A stretch of 64,000 nucleotides of DNA from Perna viridis (Eukaryota): positions 46,624,001 to 46,688,000 of the forward strand of contig CM074514.1 in the NCBI GenBank assembly GCA_037379345.1. Reading direction: 5' to 3'. The first letter of the stretch is position 1; each line of letters begins with the position of its first letter. Below the pieces are notes generated by a model. It was not told the DNA's origin and did not search any database. It saw nothing but the letters and a program-made list of their open reading frames with translations. Made by a program: the position numbers and the translations under genes. Positions 1 through 13,338 of this stretch are shown here, piece by piece.

Positions 1-3000
1 CTAGAAATTCTTTAGAATTTAGGAAAAAATGCACTTTGTAAAAAAAACTCAATTTCTGGAGGTTTCCATATTAAACAACAGGTATTTTTTTCTTGCCTCA
101 TCAACATAAAAAAACTTATGTTTTCGTCACAGGAACATTTTTATTTATTTTTGTAAACCTAAGATCGTTGTTGATTCGCCCCTTTATTGCTCGGGATGCT
201 GTTTTTCAAAACGCAAAAACGCGGGAAAAGGTTTTAAAGCGTTAACTTATAGCCGAAGACACTTATTAATTATATGCAACGAAAAGTTGCAGATATTTGA
301 TGTTTTTGGTCCGTTTAAGTATCTATTCTGTGTGCTTGCGTCCATCTGTCTGTCTACACGTCCGTGATAAGGTTTTGTGGCCTAGGTAACGCCTCCGTTT
401 TTTACCGATTTACTTCAAACTTTAGTGAATGATTAATAACAATAATATCTTAGACGTTTTTCACGTTCATCGGTCAATGGGCAATATTTTATTTGGTTAC
501 ATATATGTAAAGCATAGAATATACTAAAGTAAATAAATGTTTGCGTGTTGGGTGTAGTGACTCGCTAAATTTCTTAAAATTGTTCCCCTTTTAGTTGGAC
601 AAACATACAACTGCGAATATCTTGATCGGAATCTAAGCCAACGCAAGAAAAAAAGGTCGAGGGCCACTGGCAACTTCAGTAGGCAGAATAAAGCATGTCG
701 TGTAAGTCGAAAGGGTCCATTAGGGGCCTGGGGGCGTTCCTTATTAGAGGCAGACAAGTAAGACAACAATGAGAATAATGAATGCAAATGAAAGCCATAT
801 ATCTTTTTCACTCTTCACTATTAATTAGCAGAACTTACAATGCTTTAAGAAATTAGAGGCAAAGTATAAGTCCCTATTCTTAAAATTCTTCATTTTTTAT
901 CCAAGGTTGCTTTCATTGCTTTTTTGATGACTTTGATTTTGATGATTGCCCAATGTGAGAGAACGGCTCATAAAAATGTCAAATGTTGTATGCGGCATGT
1001 CAAAACACGTTGGGTATTTCAAGACATTCTTGTTACCTAATACAACATCAAAAAGAGCAGCTGCAGTCGGCTATATGTCTTATGTGTAGAATGTGTAACT
1101 GAAAACAGACGCTGAGGTATGCACAGATAATGGTCGTCATGCCTGCTCATATATATCAGCAAACCACTGATATTGTATTTCTGCTTGTTGAACACAGTAC
1201 TCAAAAGAATTTGCTGTCTGTCAATTGTAGGTAATTTACATGGTAGCTCAACAATAGTACGTGGTAAATTTTCTTAAGAAGTACCAAGTAATGAGAGGTT
1301 CCGGCATGGAAAGGAAAGATTCCAATAGCTTAGAAAAAGTCTAGTTCTGAACAATATCAGCTCTATGCTTTAGTTGCACCAGTATGAAGCGATGAAACTT
1401 TTTCGCCTACTGGCTGGGCTTTTATACGACAACTGGTGATTCACTGATTCCGTTGCCAAGTATTTAACTTTTATTGCGGCTTACCTGCTCACAAACATGA
1501 AATGCGGCACTAACTATTGAGTAAAAATAATCTTTTCTACTGTTTCAGCATTCATGTCAACTTTGACATCGTAATGGCAGAAAAAAATGGGTATATATCA
1601 AGTACAAACATGCAAAGGTTGTTAGCTATAATGTACAATCAAACCTCGTGATATGAAGCAAGAATCTATGAAAGTATAAGTGCTCAATTAAAAATTATGA
1701 CCATCGATATAGTGCAATTGCAAAGAAATGTCAATACAAAGTGTGACAAGAGCCTTTGTAAGCAATTCGGACAAACTTTAACTTTTTCCTATTTATACAA
1801 AAGAAATTCAAATAAAGGTTCCTTTTTCTACATTGCTGTAAGATTTATCATCAAAAAGTCATGTAATAAACCCTGTCGATAAAGAATGCAAAGTCTCTAA
1901 AGATGTAATCAGTGCCATTTTGTTCACAGTAGAATATTTATGGAAGAACATTAATCCTAATTTTGCGTCTTATAATTGAAGATTCCAAAGTATTTTGGTT
2001 TCTTTTTCTGAAATTTACGCAGACATTCGTAGTTCACGCATTCTTTTTTTTTTTTTTCAATTTTAAAACTAAAAACTCTGAGTGCCCAAGACAGTTGTGA
2101 AAAAATACTTGATACAAAGTTTGACAATGATTCACATCAACAACTATGTTGTCCCTAAAATATTTATAAAGAAATGAGTTTAAGTCGCGTAATGCGTATT
2201 TGAATAACTTGTCCGTATGCAGAGAGCGATATTTGTATTTTTTTTTATCAAGAGACCCTTTTTTCAGAACGAACAACTCTACACTTATGGATTAGATAAG
2301 TCCTGTGAATGATACACGAACACGTTCTCATCTAATTCTTTGTCAATTCTGTATCACGCCAAAGTTATGTTGTATTTTAAAATGCAAATGAATACGATGG
2401 AGTTTCCGATCTTTTTGCATAAAATGCAAGACGACAAATTGTGTAAGGTATTAGATATAGTCAATTGGTTTGGAGATGTACCCAAAAAGTAGTTTTTCTT
2501 CGAGTAAGTTTTTTTTATACTTTAAATGATAATGAAAAACTCGATTGAGATTGAAGAGTAATCGTGTTTGTGCTAGCTGGAGCAGTCATATATAGTTATA
2601 GACATTAACATTTATCATGCAAAACGAAATATACCGTGTTATATCCAAATGGACCCTATATTAGTATGGCGTATGACATTCACGAGGAAATTTTGGCAAA
2701 AAATACCGACGTATTATGGCGCCGTCAAATATAATTTATTCTAGACTAAGTACCGATTTTCGAATTATTTCATTTACTCTATACTTGGATGGAGTACAAA
2801 AATGTAAAATGTATAATTTTTTTTCATTGCTAATATTAACATCGTACCGTCGGTTTGCTTTATTTGAATGGAATTACCTATTCATGCCTCATGTTTGATA
2901 GATTGAAAGATGCATCAATTAAACGAATTTCCTAATATACTTTCAAATTCACATTAAATATATAAACATGTATATATGTTTGTTTAAGGCACTTGAGAAG

Positions 3001-6000
3001 GTCATACGTTGACTTAACATTTTGCTTATTAAATAGTTACTTATAGTGAAACATCTGTTTATGGTATCGTTGTGTAATCCTCTATAATTATATATATTAC
3101 ATTTTTAAGGTTTTTACAACGATATCGATGTTATATGATAATATAAATGTGCAAAACTGTCAATCAACTTATGACATTAAGTTCCAAGTGATTACCTGTG
3201 ACGTTATAAAAAGTATTGTCGAAAGTAAACCGTTGAAATCAATTAAATTGGAGATGACTTGTTAGGTTCATTTTCGTAACAGTATTTGTTCATGTTTCTA
3301 GTTGATTTTTTTACAAAGTTGAAGGACACGGAATTCTTTTATGCAAACCCTTCCAACCTCTGTGGATCGCTCCAGATCGTATTCTGGTCCAAGATTAGGA
3401 TTACACTTCTGAAAATCCTGATCGTGGAAAAGAATACGTCACAGGCATTCACTTGATGATGCAGTGAGTTGTGTGTACGTTATTTACCACCTTTTACATT
3501 CCGTTTATGCCTAGCACTGAAAAGGGTCATAAGTTGACTGAAACTTTTGCTCGTTTATATTCTCTTAAAACAACTTTATCGGTATCGTTGTACAATCCTT
3601 TAGACTTCTATAATATTTTTGTTTGTGCTGCCTCGTCATGACTGGACGATCCAGACTTTGGCCAGCTGTGGAAGCTGACCAAATTTCACATTTTTTAATT
3701 ACAATTTTACTACTTTTTAGCAATGCCGAGCGGAGCGAGGCAAACCATTTTTTAGGGGGTGTAGAAAATCAAGATTTCATGCTGAAATTTACATTTTTTG
3801 CAATAAAATGGGAGTGCGAACGTCCCCTCCGCCTTCCTGAATCTGCCACTGCGTAATTCAAAAGCCAGTGCGATGGATTGAATGAATGTTGTGAATTTGA
3901 ATATAAAAATCAAGTGCCCTATATCGACTCTTTTCAATACTCAAAATGTCTCGCAAGGCAAACCTCCGACTAGTTATTAAAATCAAAAAGCTTGATGTGA
4001 TGATGACTGGGGTTTTTTAACGACCTTGAATACCATTACAGGCCTCTTACAGTCGATGTTACAAGTAGTGGTTAGTAAAACCAACTGGTTTTGGTAGCGG
4101 AGTGCAGCCTTCGGGATACCTGACCGAACAACTCTGGGCTGCTGTTGACGTTCAGGCGTACTCCCAAACCACGTGGGTCCGGGAGCGTTTCCCAAATCTA
4201 ACTATTTGGGAGTACGTCAAAGTGTAGAGTGAGGCTTGTAAAATCTGCTTTCTTTATATATGTCCCTGGTATTATTAAAGTTAAAGCTGGGGGTATTAAT
4301 TTATATTACTTGCGAGTCGCTTTATAGTTCCGTTAGTTTGCAGTCATTCATTCACTTAAAAATAATCCTTTACCTTATCATTGGATATTTATCTGTTTAT
4401 AAGGTACTTGCACTTGAATCGAAACGCACTTCAGTAGTCGTAAACATTATAGGTGGATGGAATACATATGACGTAAAATAAATAGACTGAAACATATTTG
4501 AACAGATATACACACACTAGCTGTTACACTCCTTGAGACGTTTAGGTTTCCCGCACGCATGATACCCAAACGCACGCTAAACGCTCACCAAACGCACGTT
4601 AAACGAATGCTTTTTTATACTATATTCTACATGCATGCATGTGTCCTTTCTTCACCCAACATGTTACTACATCCGTATTTTGCTAATAACAGAAGTGTAA
4701 CATCAAATTCAAATAAATCTACAGATTTACCAGAACAGATTTTAGTTCGGAGTAGCTTAAATAACTAATGCAGTGCAAGCTAGCAATAATTTGTGACAAA
4801 TTTCAAGATTTGAATGCAAATGTTAATATTTTATGTTTATTGGTGTTGGTGCTTAGCTGGATCATAGCATGACATATCTCAATTCATATAAATTTAAAGA
4901 AATAGCAAGAAAATTAATTCTAGTTCGCACTGCATAATACATTCAATAACATGACTATATAAATTTCAGACTTCAAATTTTACTTTGAACGGTGGAGATT
5001 TATTCTAAAGTATGTTTAGTTTTTTGTTTATAAAGTTATATGGAAGTTGTAAAACATTTTTTCCTACGTTTGACTAGGGCATGTGTGTTGTGTATATATA
5101 AAGATGCATATAGCAATGTTTCAGAACAAAATTTACTGTATTTTTAAAACTGAATGAAAAAAATTCATTAAGGAATGTCTAGATATTCACTTTAGCTGAA
5201 CCTTAAGAAGAAATCTTTGTGTACGTATTTTTAATATAAAATGATAAAGTTCTTTTTTCACATCTTATTTTCATTTGACAATACTTCACATCTTAAAAGA
5301 TTCATTTAAATATTATATAAGTGGAAACATTTTTTTTTACAATATTTTTGTTATAATATAAGTTATAACGTTCACGGAATTTTTGTACATGTTAAAAAAT
5401 TATAACATTACAACGTGTACGCAACATATAAATATCGTTTGTGGTGGCTTTTTTGCAACTGGATTTCACAACGGGAAAATATTTAGTGAATATAAAGTTA
5501 CTTACTTAATATCTTTTTTTTTAAAATCTGACTGGAAATAGTACATTTTATATTTGAATCCGAATACGTATGATTCCACCAAAAAACCTTTACAAATATA
5601 AAAAAAGCGCTGCGCTTGGTATAAGTAAGAACAAATATAAAACAAAAAAAACATAAATAGCTGTATTCAATTATAACAAAAACACAGTTAGTCATTCTCA
5701 TCAACAGATTAAGTAATAAGTAACGCCAATGTCATAACGTTAGCTAGACATTTCTTCATTAGTGAATAATGAATCATAAGCTGTAAATATAAATTCGATA
5801 CGTGGTGTATTGACTTTGTTCCCTCGGGATAGTGAATACCTTATTATTATGAATATCTTTGTTGCTTTTAGTTACGAAACGGAGTAAAGAATCGAACGAC
5901 TTTCCAAAGAAAAAAACCCAAATAATTCAAGCCTTCAAAAATGGCTGTATTGAATTTATTCATGCGAAATACTGCCTGTACAAATAATATTTTTAATAGC

Positions 6001-6120
6001 AAATTTCGTTATACTGTGATAAATTTTATTGAAATTTTAATAGTTAACAAGTGATGATTCGAAATAATAACTAAACTTTATATACTGTAGGTAAACGTTT
6101 GAAGGTAATAAATTGTCAAA

Positions 6121-6357
6121 TGTTTCTCGGCGGGTGTTTCTAGAAAAGCAGAGGACGCTTACCTTACCGGTGCACCTGGTCCATGCTTTTTTTTGGTGGA
6201 GTCCGAGTTGCTCATTTACTTTTGTTACTTTGTATGTATGATTTTAGTTACTTTGTGTTCTTTGTTGTGTATGTCTGTTTTCCATGTCTGGTCTTTGTCC
6301 CTGGATTACATTCTTTTGATTACTGCTATAACATTGGTTCCCTTGATTACTCTTTCT
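6121..6357 (+). mobile_element. Penelope-like 3' tail only
   Basis: Colinear with 26945-27176. Confidence 0.85.
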
Positions 6358-6770
6358 GTTCTTTACAAGAACGTATTGTTAGAAACATTTGTATCTTGAC
6401 ATTGACAATGTTTATCTACATGTATTAAATTAAAATTAATCGCGAGTAAACGATGCACATGTATTACTTAACTGAGATTACGAACCGGTTTTGTGTTCAA
6501 CTTTTCCTAGCATAATAATACAATCTATTTTACGTATACGGTAGTTGAGACCTCATATATCTTTATCCACCTTAAAAGTATGCACGATTATTGAAGTCCC
6601 TTTCAAACATTATTTTTAACCATAGTCAAATAAAAAGTTTATATGAAATGGCATATATTCATTTAAACTTACTGCTGTCAACACACAAAATATATATCCA
6701 ACATTAGTGTATACATGGTTGAAGAGTATCAAATATCAAATTTGATGAAATGAGTTGTCCATAAAACTGT

Positions 6771-6868
6771 TCATAAAAAGCTTTCTTCTTCTTCCTCAAC
6801 CTCTGATTCTGTACTTTCATCCGTCGAACTTACCCATTCGTCTGTGTCAAGGTCTTTGTCATCGTCTT
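6771..6868 (-). CDS. Host gene terminal exon 5: Q-DDDKDLDTDEWVSSTDESTESEVEEEEESFL*
   Basis: Acceptor tttgtttattgcag| in phase 1, 98 nt to TGA. The acidic composition continues that of exon 4. Confidence 0.6.
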
Positions 6869-7825
6869 CTGCAATAAACAAAGGACAGCTACCAAAAAAG
6901 TTCAAAGGGGTAAATCGTTCAGATAATTGTGAGGTACCCCCATGTCTTATCAAATATGGTAAATGCAGAATAATTCCTGATGTTTTTATTAATGCGAATA
7001 TTGCCATCGATTTAATTAAAATGTCTACCCGAGTTTCCTTGATTTCTCTTGCTTCGACAAAGGGTGTTACGAATTGTTTGGGACATCGAAAAGTGTAGTT
7101 CTACAACGATTTCAAAGATCTCCTTATGCGGGGATATTGACTCTATGTGACAATTTTACAACTAGGATAGTTTTTAAAAATATAGCCCTTTAGACACTGT
7201 TGTCGTTAAATTAAAGCGGTTTAAAGATACGTGTATACACAATGTTTAAATTAGGTGTGTTTCGATTTTACGTTTAGCAGACAATACCCAACATGGCAAA
7301 GGTTTCAATATCGAGAGCTTATTTCTTTGTCTCATCTGATACACATCAAAATCTAAGAAGCATGAAAACACGTTCACGTTTTAAGCGATATGAATGATCT
7401 TTGATAGAAGTATTAAATACCCAAGCTGACGCTCCCACACACTAAATTATACAACCAATCAAAACCCGTGTCTTAGTAAAGTAGTTTGGTACACGACTTT
7501 TTACTCGTGATTAGATCCCCGTTAAAGATGAAAGTAATGTGTATTGCATCTAAATATCGATTGACTGACCAGACTTTGACGTTCAATATTAATACTGGAT
7601 AAATATCCACTGCAAACGCGGACAATTTTTGATTTTTTTCATTCAAAGGTCGAATCGCCGAAACTAAATGTTGCATTTGTTACCGGTAACACAAATCGCG
7701 AACATATATTTCTGAATTTTCAGTATTATACATCCAATTTCACCTCAATCTTTATCTACGCCTGTAAAGATCTACAGAAACCCATCAGCGTTAAGGTCAA
7801 TGGTAATCATCAGTTCAGAAAATAT

Positions 7826-8487
7826 CAATCACTTATTACACTCTTCTCTAAAGGGTATAATACAAAGGGGTTAAATAGATATATAAGGACAAAGACCAGA
7901 TATGGAAAAGAGACGCACACAACAAGGAGCACAAAATAACTAAAATAATACGTACAAAGCAACATAAGTAAATGAGCAACTCGGACTCCACTAAAAAACT
8001 GGAAGGATGGATCAGATGCATCAGTAAGGTAAGCGTCTTCTGCTGTTCGAAAAACACCAGCCGAGTTGCTCATAAAAGGAAGTCAATTCCAGGGTAGACG
8101 AAAGAGGAAACGAAAAATATGACATGTTGAACAAATCGGTTCTCATGGTGCAGATGGATACACCGTATCGATCATGACGACGACCATGATACTTCTGTAT
8201 TTATGACTTCAACCTTGTAGTAACATAACCCTATTCCAGAAGCCTAAGTGTAAGAATTCTAGCGCGATACAAAAACTTACGACAAGCTCTGGCATAACGT
8301 ATGAGTTGTGATACGCAAGTACTGATGGGATGTTACCACAGATGGAAAGAAAGTTGACAATACGGAATGAAAGGTCATCGCGTTTGCCATATATTTTGGT
8401 AAATAGTTTTCCTATACCAATGATTGCTAAGTGTATGTCAAGATATGAGGCTGACTTCATAGTGTCTGTAGTATACTTTATCTCAAC
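7826..8487 (-). mobile_element. Penelope-like element 3' fragment
   Basis: SASYLDIHL...KRDDLSFRIVNF...NIPS plus the shared 3' tail. Confidence 0.85.
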
Positions 8488-8687
8488 TTAAATGTGTAGA
8501 TACAATGTACAAAACTGTATAAAAATGCAGCATATTGAAAACATCTCCGATATATTTGGAATATGATTTTGAATCGTTTTTAAGTATGATGAATCTCTAT
8601 CAAGTACAAAATATCTGTAGCAAGGTGTACCGTCTTTTTTGGAGTAACAATGATGTTTTATGTTATAAGATCAGATAAAATATGTTT

Positions 8688-9310
8688 ACCCTTGTAGTGT
8701 GTAATAAGAACTGAAAACGTGTATGTACCTTGGTAGTGTGTAATGAGAACGGATAAAGTATTTGTACCTTGGTAGTTTGTAATAGGAACGGTAAAGAATA
8801 GTACCTTGATAGTGTGTCATAAACTAGTATCTTGGTATTGTGTAATAGGAATTGTTAAGTATGTATTTCTTGATAGTGTATATCAGGAATGAGTAAAGTA
8901 AACTGACTTGGTAGTGTGTAATAGGAATTAGTAAAGTAAACTAACTTGGTAGTGTGTATACCTTGATAATGTGTATAGAAATATCTTGGTAGTGTGTAAT
9001 TGAAATTTGTAAAGTATAGTATCTTGATATAGTGTAATGAGAATGAGTTAAGTATAGCACCTAGGTAGTGTGTCATAGGAATTGGTTCAGTATATGTACC
9101 TTTGTAGTATGTAAGAGGAATGAGAACAGTAAAGCACCTTGGTAATGTAAAATAGGAACGGATTAGGTTTATGTTCCTTTTAAGTGTGTTACAGGAATTA
9201 GTAAAGTTTATGTGCCTTAGTATTGTGCAAAAGGAATGGATCAAACATATGTACCTTGATTGTGTGTAATTTGAACGGAGAAAGTACGTGTACCGTGGAA
9301 GTGTAATAAA
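8688..9310. repeat. Degenerate ~38-bp tandem repeat (gtaccttggtagtgtgtaataggaatgagtaaagtatat), left part
   Basis: ccttggtagtgtgtaataggaa core recurs at ~38-bp period. Confidence 0.9.
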
Positions 9311-9348
9311 AACAGAAAATGTGCGATGCCTCTTGTATGCAAACAGCT

Positions 9349-9449
9349 AACCCAAGAAGTGTGTGAAATAAGCTTTATTTCGTATAATTACATTTTTGTA
9401 TGAAATTTAACTATGGAGTGCACTAAAAACAAAAACAATAACCAGCATA
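9349..9449 (-). repeat. BEL 3' LTR remnant, internally deleted relative to 16583-16788
   Basis: Shares aacccaagaa.tgtgtgaaata.gctttatttcgtata and tgaaatttaactatgg with the right-hand copy, and adjoins the PPT. Confidence 0.65.
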
Positions 9450-9649
9450 CTCCTCGTCTAGTATGTGAAATATACCACTAATTTTTTTTTTCAAACAAAG
9501 TACAAAATGTACTCAAAATATGAAATCTACTCTAAGTTTAGTGACTGATAGACTGTGACTATCTCTGCGAAAGTAATGTCAAGATAACATATACTAGCAC
9601 TGACTAGATTGTGGTAGCAAAAACCTTGAAATTTTTTTTCTGACAGATG

Positions 9650-10795
9650 TATTAATCAAGGATTTCAGTAAGCTATTTGATAAAGTCAGTCACAATTGAC
9701 TCACTCTCAAACTTAAAAACTATGGTATACAAGGCAAAACTAATAAATGGATACATAGCTTCCTATCTAATCGTACTCAAGCAGTTGTCCTTGTTGAAGG
9801 TGTAACATCTGGCTATGTTGATGTTCAGTCAGGGGTATCCCAAGCTTCCGTACTGGGGCACAGTCTGTTTTTTATTTTATATTAATGATATGCCAGTAGG
9901 CCAAAATTCCACAATACGTTCATTCGCTGATGACACCATAGCCTATTTAGCAGTTAAATCTAACGGCGACTGCAAATCACTACAAACCGACTTAGATAAA
10001 TTAGGAGAATGGGAGTAAAGATGGCACATAGCATTCCACCCCGACAAATGTAATGTTCTTTCAATATCCAGTAACAAAAAATCTATCAAATATAACTACA
10101 CATTACCTAGACATACATTAGAACATGTCGATAAAACAAAATACCTTGGCTTTACGATCCAATCTGACCTTAATGGCACAGTCACGTGAACAATATATGC
10201 AACAAAGCCACCAATACATTAAAGCTTCCTTCAAAGAAATCTAAACATCAGTTCCACCAAGGCAAATGATAAAAATCGCTAGTCAGGTCATTACTGCAAT
10301 ATGCCTGCTCTATTTGGATCCATACACTATAGATGACATAAACAACATAGAAATAACATGCAGTTAGGTATGTGAGAAACAGGTACCACAATACATCTAG
10401 TATCTCCATCATGATAAGACATTTAAATCGGAGAAGCCTAACTCATAGGAGATAAAGAAGAAGATTAATATTGTTATAGAAAGTCAATTATTCCCAGGTT
10501 GCCGTTACTAAAACAGACCGGTTAGTTCCACCTCTCAGACAGTCCCGAAACATACACTCATTATCCTTCCAAATTTCTCCGTGTCGGTTAGAAGTCAGAC
10601 AACAATTTTCCTTCCAAGAACCATCAAATTATCAGTATACCAGTAAACATTGTTATGTGTGACTCAGTCGAGTCATTCAAAAAAGCCATTTCAACTTACA
10701 CCTACAGTCATTAAACATCCACCTATGTATATAGTTTTAAACTAACTCCTATTATTAATGTTTAAATTCACTCCTATTATTAATGTTTAAATTCA
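9650..10795 (+). mobile_element. 5'-truncated CR1-group LINE (RT C-terminal half) inserted in the BEL 3' region
   Basis: Degenerate DFSK.FDKVSH, YGIQGKTNKWIHSFLSNRTQ and YINDMP...IRSFADD motifs, followed by a 25-bp tandem duplication at 10746-10795. Confidence 0.85.
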
Positions 10796-12346
10796 CTAGA
10801 TTAATTTAGTTTCGAAATTTCGTAAATAGCATGCGCAGAAAAAATTAACAGTATTTTCAGTGTCGAATTTGGTCAGGATATTATAAAAGTAGAAAATCAC
10901 AAGTTCGTTCAGTGGACTAATGAATGTCGTAGGTATTACTCCTTGCATGGCACGGACACCAACTTTCGTGATTAGATTATCATCACTTTCATTACAAGAC
11001 CCATCGGCCAACTGATTCCAGAACGTCCCTTGTCACTAACAAGTACCACATCTTCTTCGGAAACGTTTCGTTGGAATGAATATTCCACTCCCGACGGTTT
11101 TGCAAAGTGTTCAAATATTCGACTCGCCAAACGTTTTAAGAAAACAGAAGCTAAGTGCTGTATATTGAGTCCAAGATGCGTCTTGTCACATCAATTATCC
11201 TTTCCCACACTCCTCCGATATGTGAGGAGTGTGTAGAATTAAAGATCCGTTCTGTGTGAGAAAGTTTCGGACTGGAGGTCTTCAATGTTGATGAAATTCC
11301 GTTAGAGTTCATTAGCTGCTCCAACAAAATTGGTGCCGTTATCGGAGCGGGAGGTTTTAACGTTTCTTCTGATTGCAGAATCAGTCCGATCGACCTCTAG
11401 TTCGACGTGTCCCAAAAAAATGAGGAAGGTGGCTCACACGTGGCTCACACGACATCACTCTTTCTTCGGGCAAGTCCGACATTTTCTGAGAGTCAAGACA
11501 TCACCTAGTTTCCTGCATGTCATGCACTTATGCAGAATCGATGATATAAGTCTCTTCCCTCCAACTATCCATATCCTGCTGAGCGCGCACGACCTTCTGT
11601 CACATGACTCCTTGGTGCTTTACTTCGTCATGATATTTTTGGACGATAAGAGTGGCAAGATTGTGTCTGACAGGAAGAATTATTGGATTTTTTGAAGATT
11701 AGAATCGTCTCTGATTATCTAACATTGGTATCGCTTTCGATCCTTGCTCACTCAGACTTCTTTGTCTAGTTAAGGATCTTCAAGATCGTAAGAATTACAA
11801 TATTGTACTCAGTATAGTGTTTCCGGCGAAGATGGATCTGCTGGCCATGAACTGTCCTGCCTGTTTGAAGCCGAAATCCCTCCTCAGCCGGATTCATTCC
11901 GCTTCGAACGTAGAATCACCGAGATAGATTAATGTAACTCCTAATGCATGCAACTCAATTCGTAACGTTAACGAAAAAACGTTTCTTGTCGTTGTTTATG
12001 TAACCTAATACAATGCGACTGTAACTGATGAATTTCAAATCATCAAACTTTAATTGAAGATGATCAATCGCAATTTATGCCACTTCTACTGCCAGAACCG
12101 CGGCACAAAGTTCAAGCCCGCTCACTGGGGCTACCTTTGCTTTGCCCAACACAAATCCTGTAGACATTGAAGTATCCTTGTTTGTTACTCTGAGATGACA
12201 AACTGCAGCAGTCGTAAGTTCTGACGCAACACAGTAGATCAGAAGTCCCTTTTGTTTGGAACGACAACTCGTGGAATGCGTACTTTTTCTAACCCGGGTA
12301 GTTTTCCAGCTATTCATTCCACTACTAGACAAAATAAAGACAGACA

Positions 12347-13338
12347 TGACCATCCACAGTTTTTTTTCACACAAAATGTCTCAATCAACGCATTATATGT
12401 CCATAAGAAATACGTTTTGTCTATCGCAACGTTAAAAATATTGCATCGATCATTTGTCGTCTATCTAAACAAAGTAAAATGTTTATGTAGACATTTTTTG
12501 GCTACGTCAACACTTTTTAGGCTGAGTTAGTAAAAAAATATCGATGTCAACGCTTTTTTGGGTTGAGATTGGAAAAAATGTTGTCCACTGCAACGCACAA
12601 AAACGTTGTATTAGACATTTTGTGTCCTACTACTCAACACTAAATTTGCTTTGATGTCTTAAGACAATGCATTTTTGTGTTGATTTGGGCGAAATAGTGT
12701 TTTTAATGAACATTTTAAGTGTTGATATGGACAGAATATGACTTAGTAAAACAAAATTAACGTTTGAGTAGACATATTCTTTTTCTCTTGTTGTTTGTTT
12801 GTTTGTTGGGGTTTAACGTCCGAGCAGCAATATTTCAGCTATATTCAGACGATGAACATGAAATGGATGATAAAATGAACATGGAATGAAAAAAAAAAAA
12901 AGGATGGGACACAAGGACAGTAGGGTCGACAAATTTTGATTGCCACTGGAAAAAGGGGGGATGGGTAAGGTCGGGCAATTTAGCCTCCTGTGGCGGAGCG
13001 CAAAGGTTCCTACTCCTATCGAATACCACAGCAGGGTTCTTTAACGTGCGAGGAACGTGGCATCTTTCCCAACACGGTGCACCACTATGGTTTGCGGTCA
13101 GGTTTTCCGTATTATAGCCTGACAACCCCAGCATGTAACACGCCAGGGGTACCCCATTCCACCACCTGGGGCACACATCCCAGTTGCTCTGTGGGCAGAG
13201 CGCCTAGCCCCCGGCTAGGTTTCTGAGCACTATTTAGTCGCCTTATACGACAAGCTTAGCGCTGCTGCACGCCTATTCGTTTAACACCCGGACCTGCACG
13301 GGGCTTTTTCTCAGTTATATTTTGACTGTGCATGGTCA
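12347..13338. mobile_element. MITE-like non-autonomous DNA element interrupting BEL pol and itself carrying a SINE-like insertion
   Basis: 14-bp TIR tgaccatccacagt / actgtgcatggtca with 1 mismatch. The AT-rich interior is unrelated to the BEL coding sequence on either side. Confidence 0.6.
12788..13304 (-). mobile_element. SINE-like non-autonomous retroposon (RTE-like structured head, (CAAA)n tail), copy 1
   Basis: Near-identical reverse complement of 15393-15911. TSD tttttctc at 12780-12787 and 13305-13312. Confidence 0.85.

Noticed and set aside
6183-6428. Family of small hydrophobic membrane peptides (also at 7825, 24901, 36788, 38377, 56745)
   Set aside because: All derive from the T-rich Penelope-like 3' tail, and the frames are not conserved between copies.
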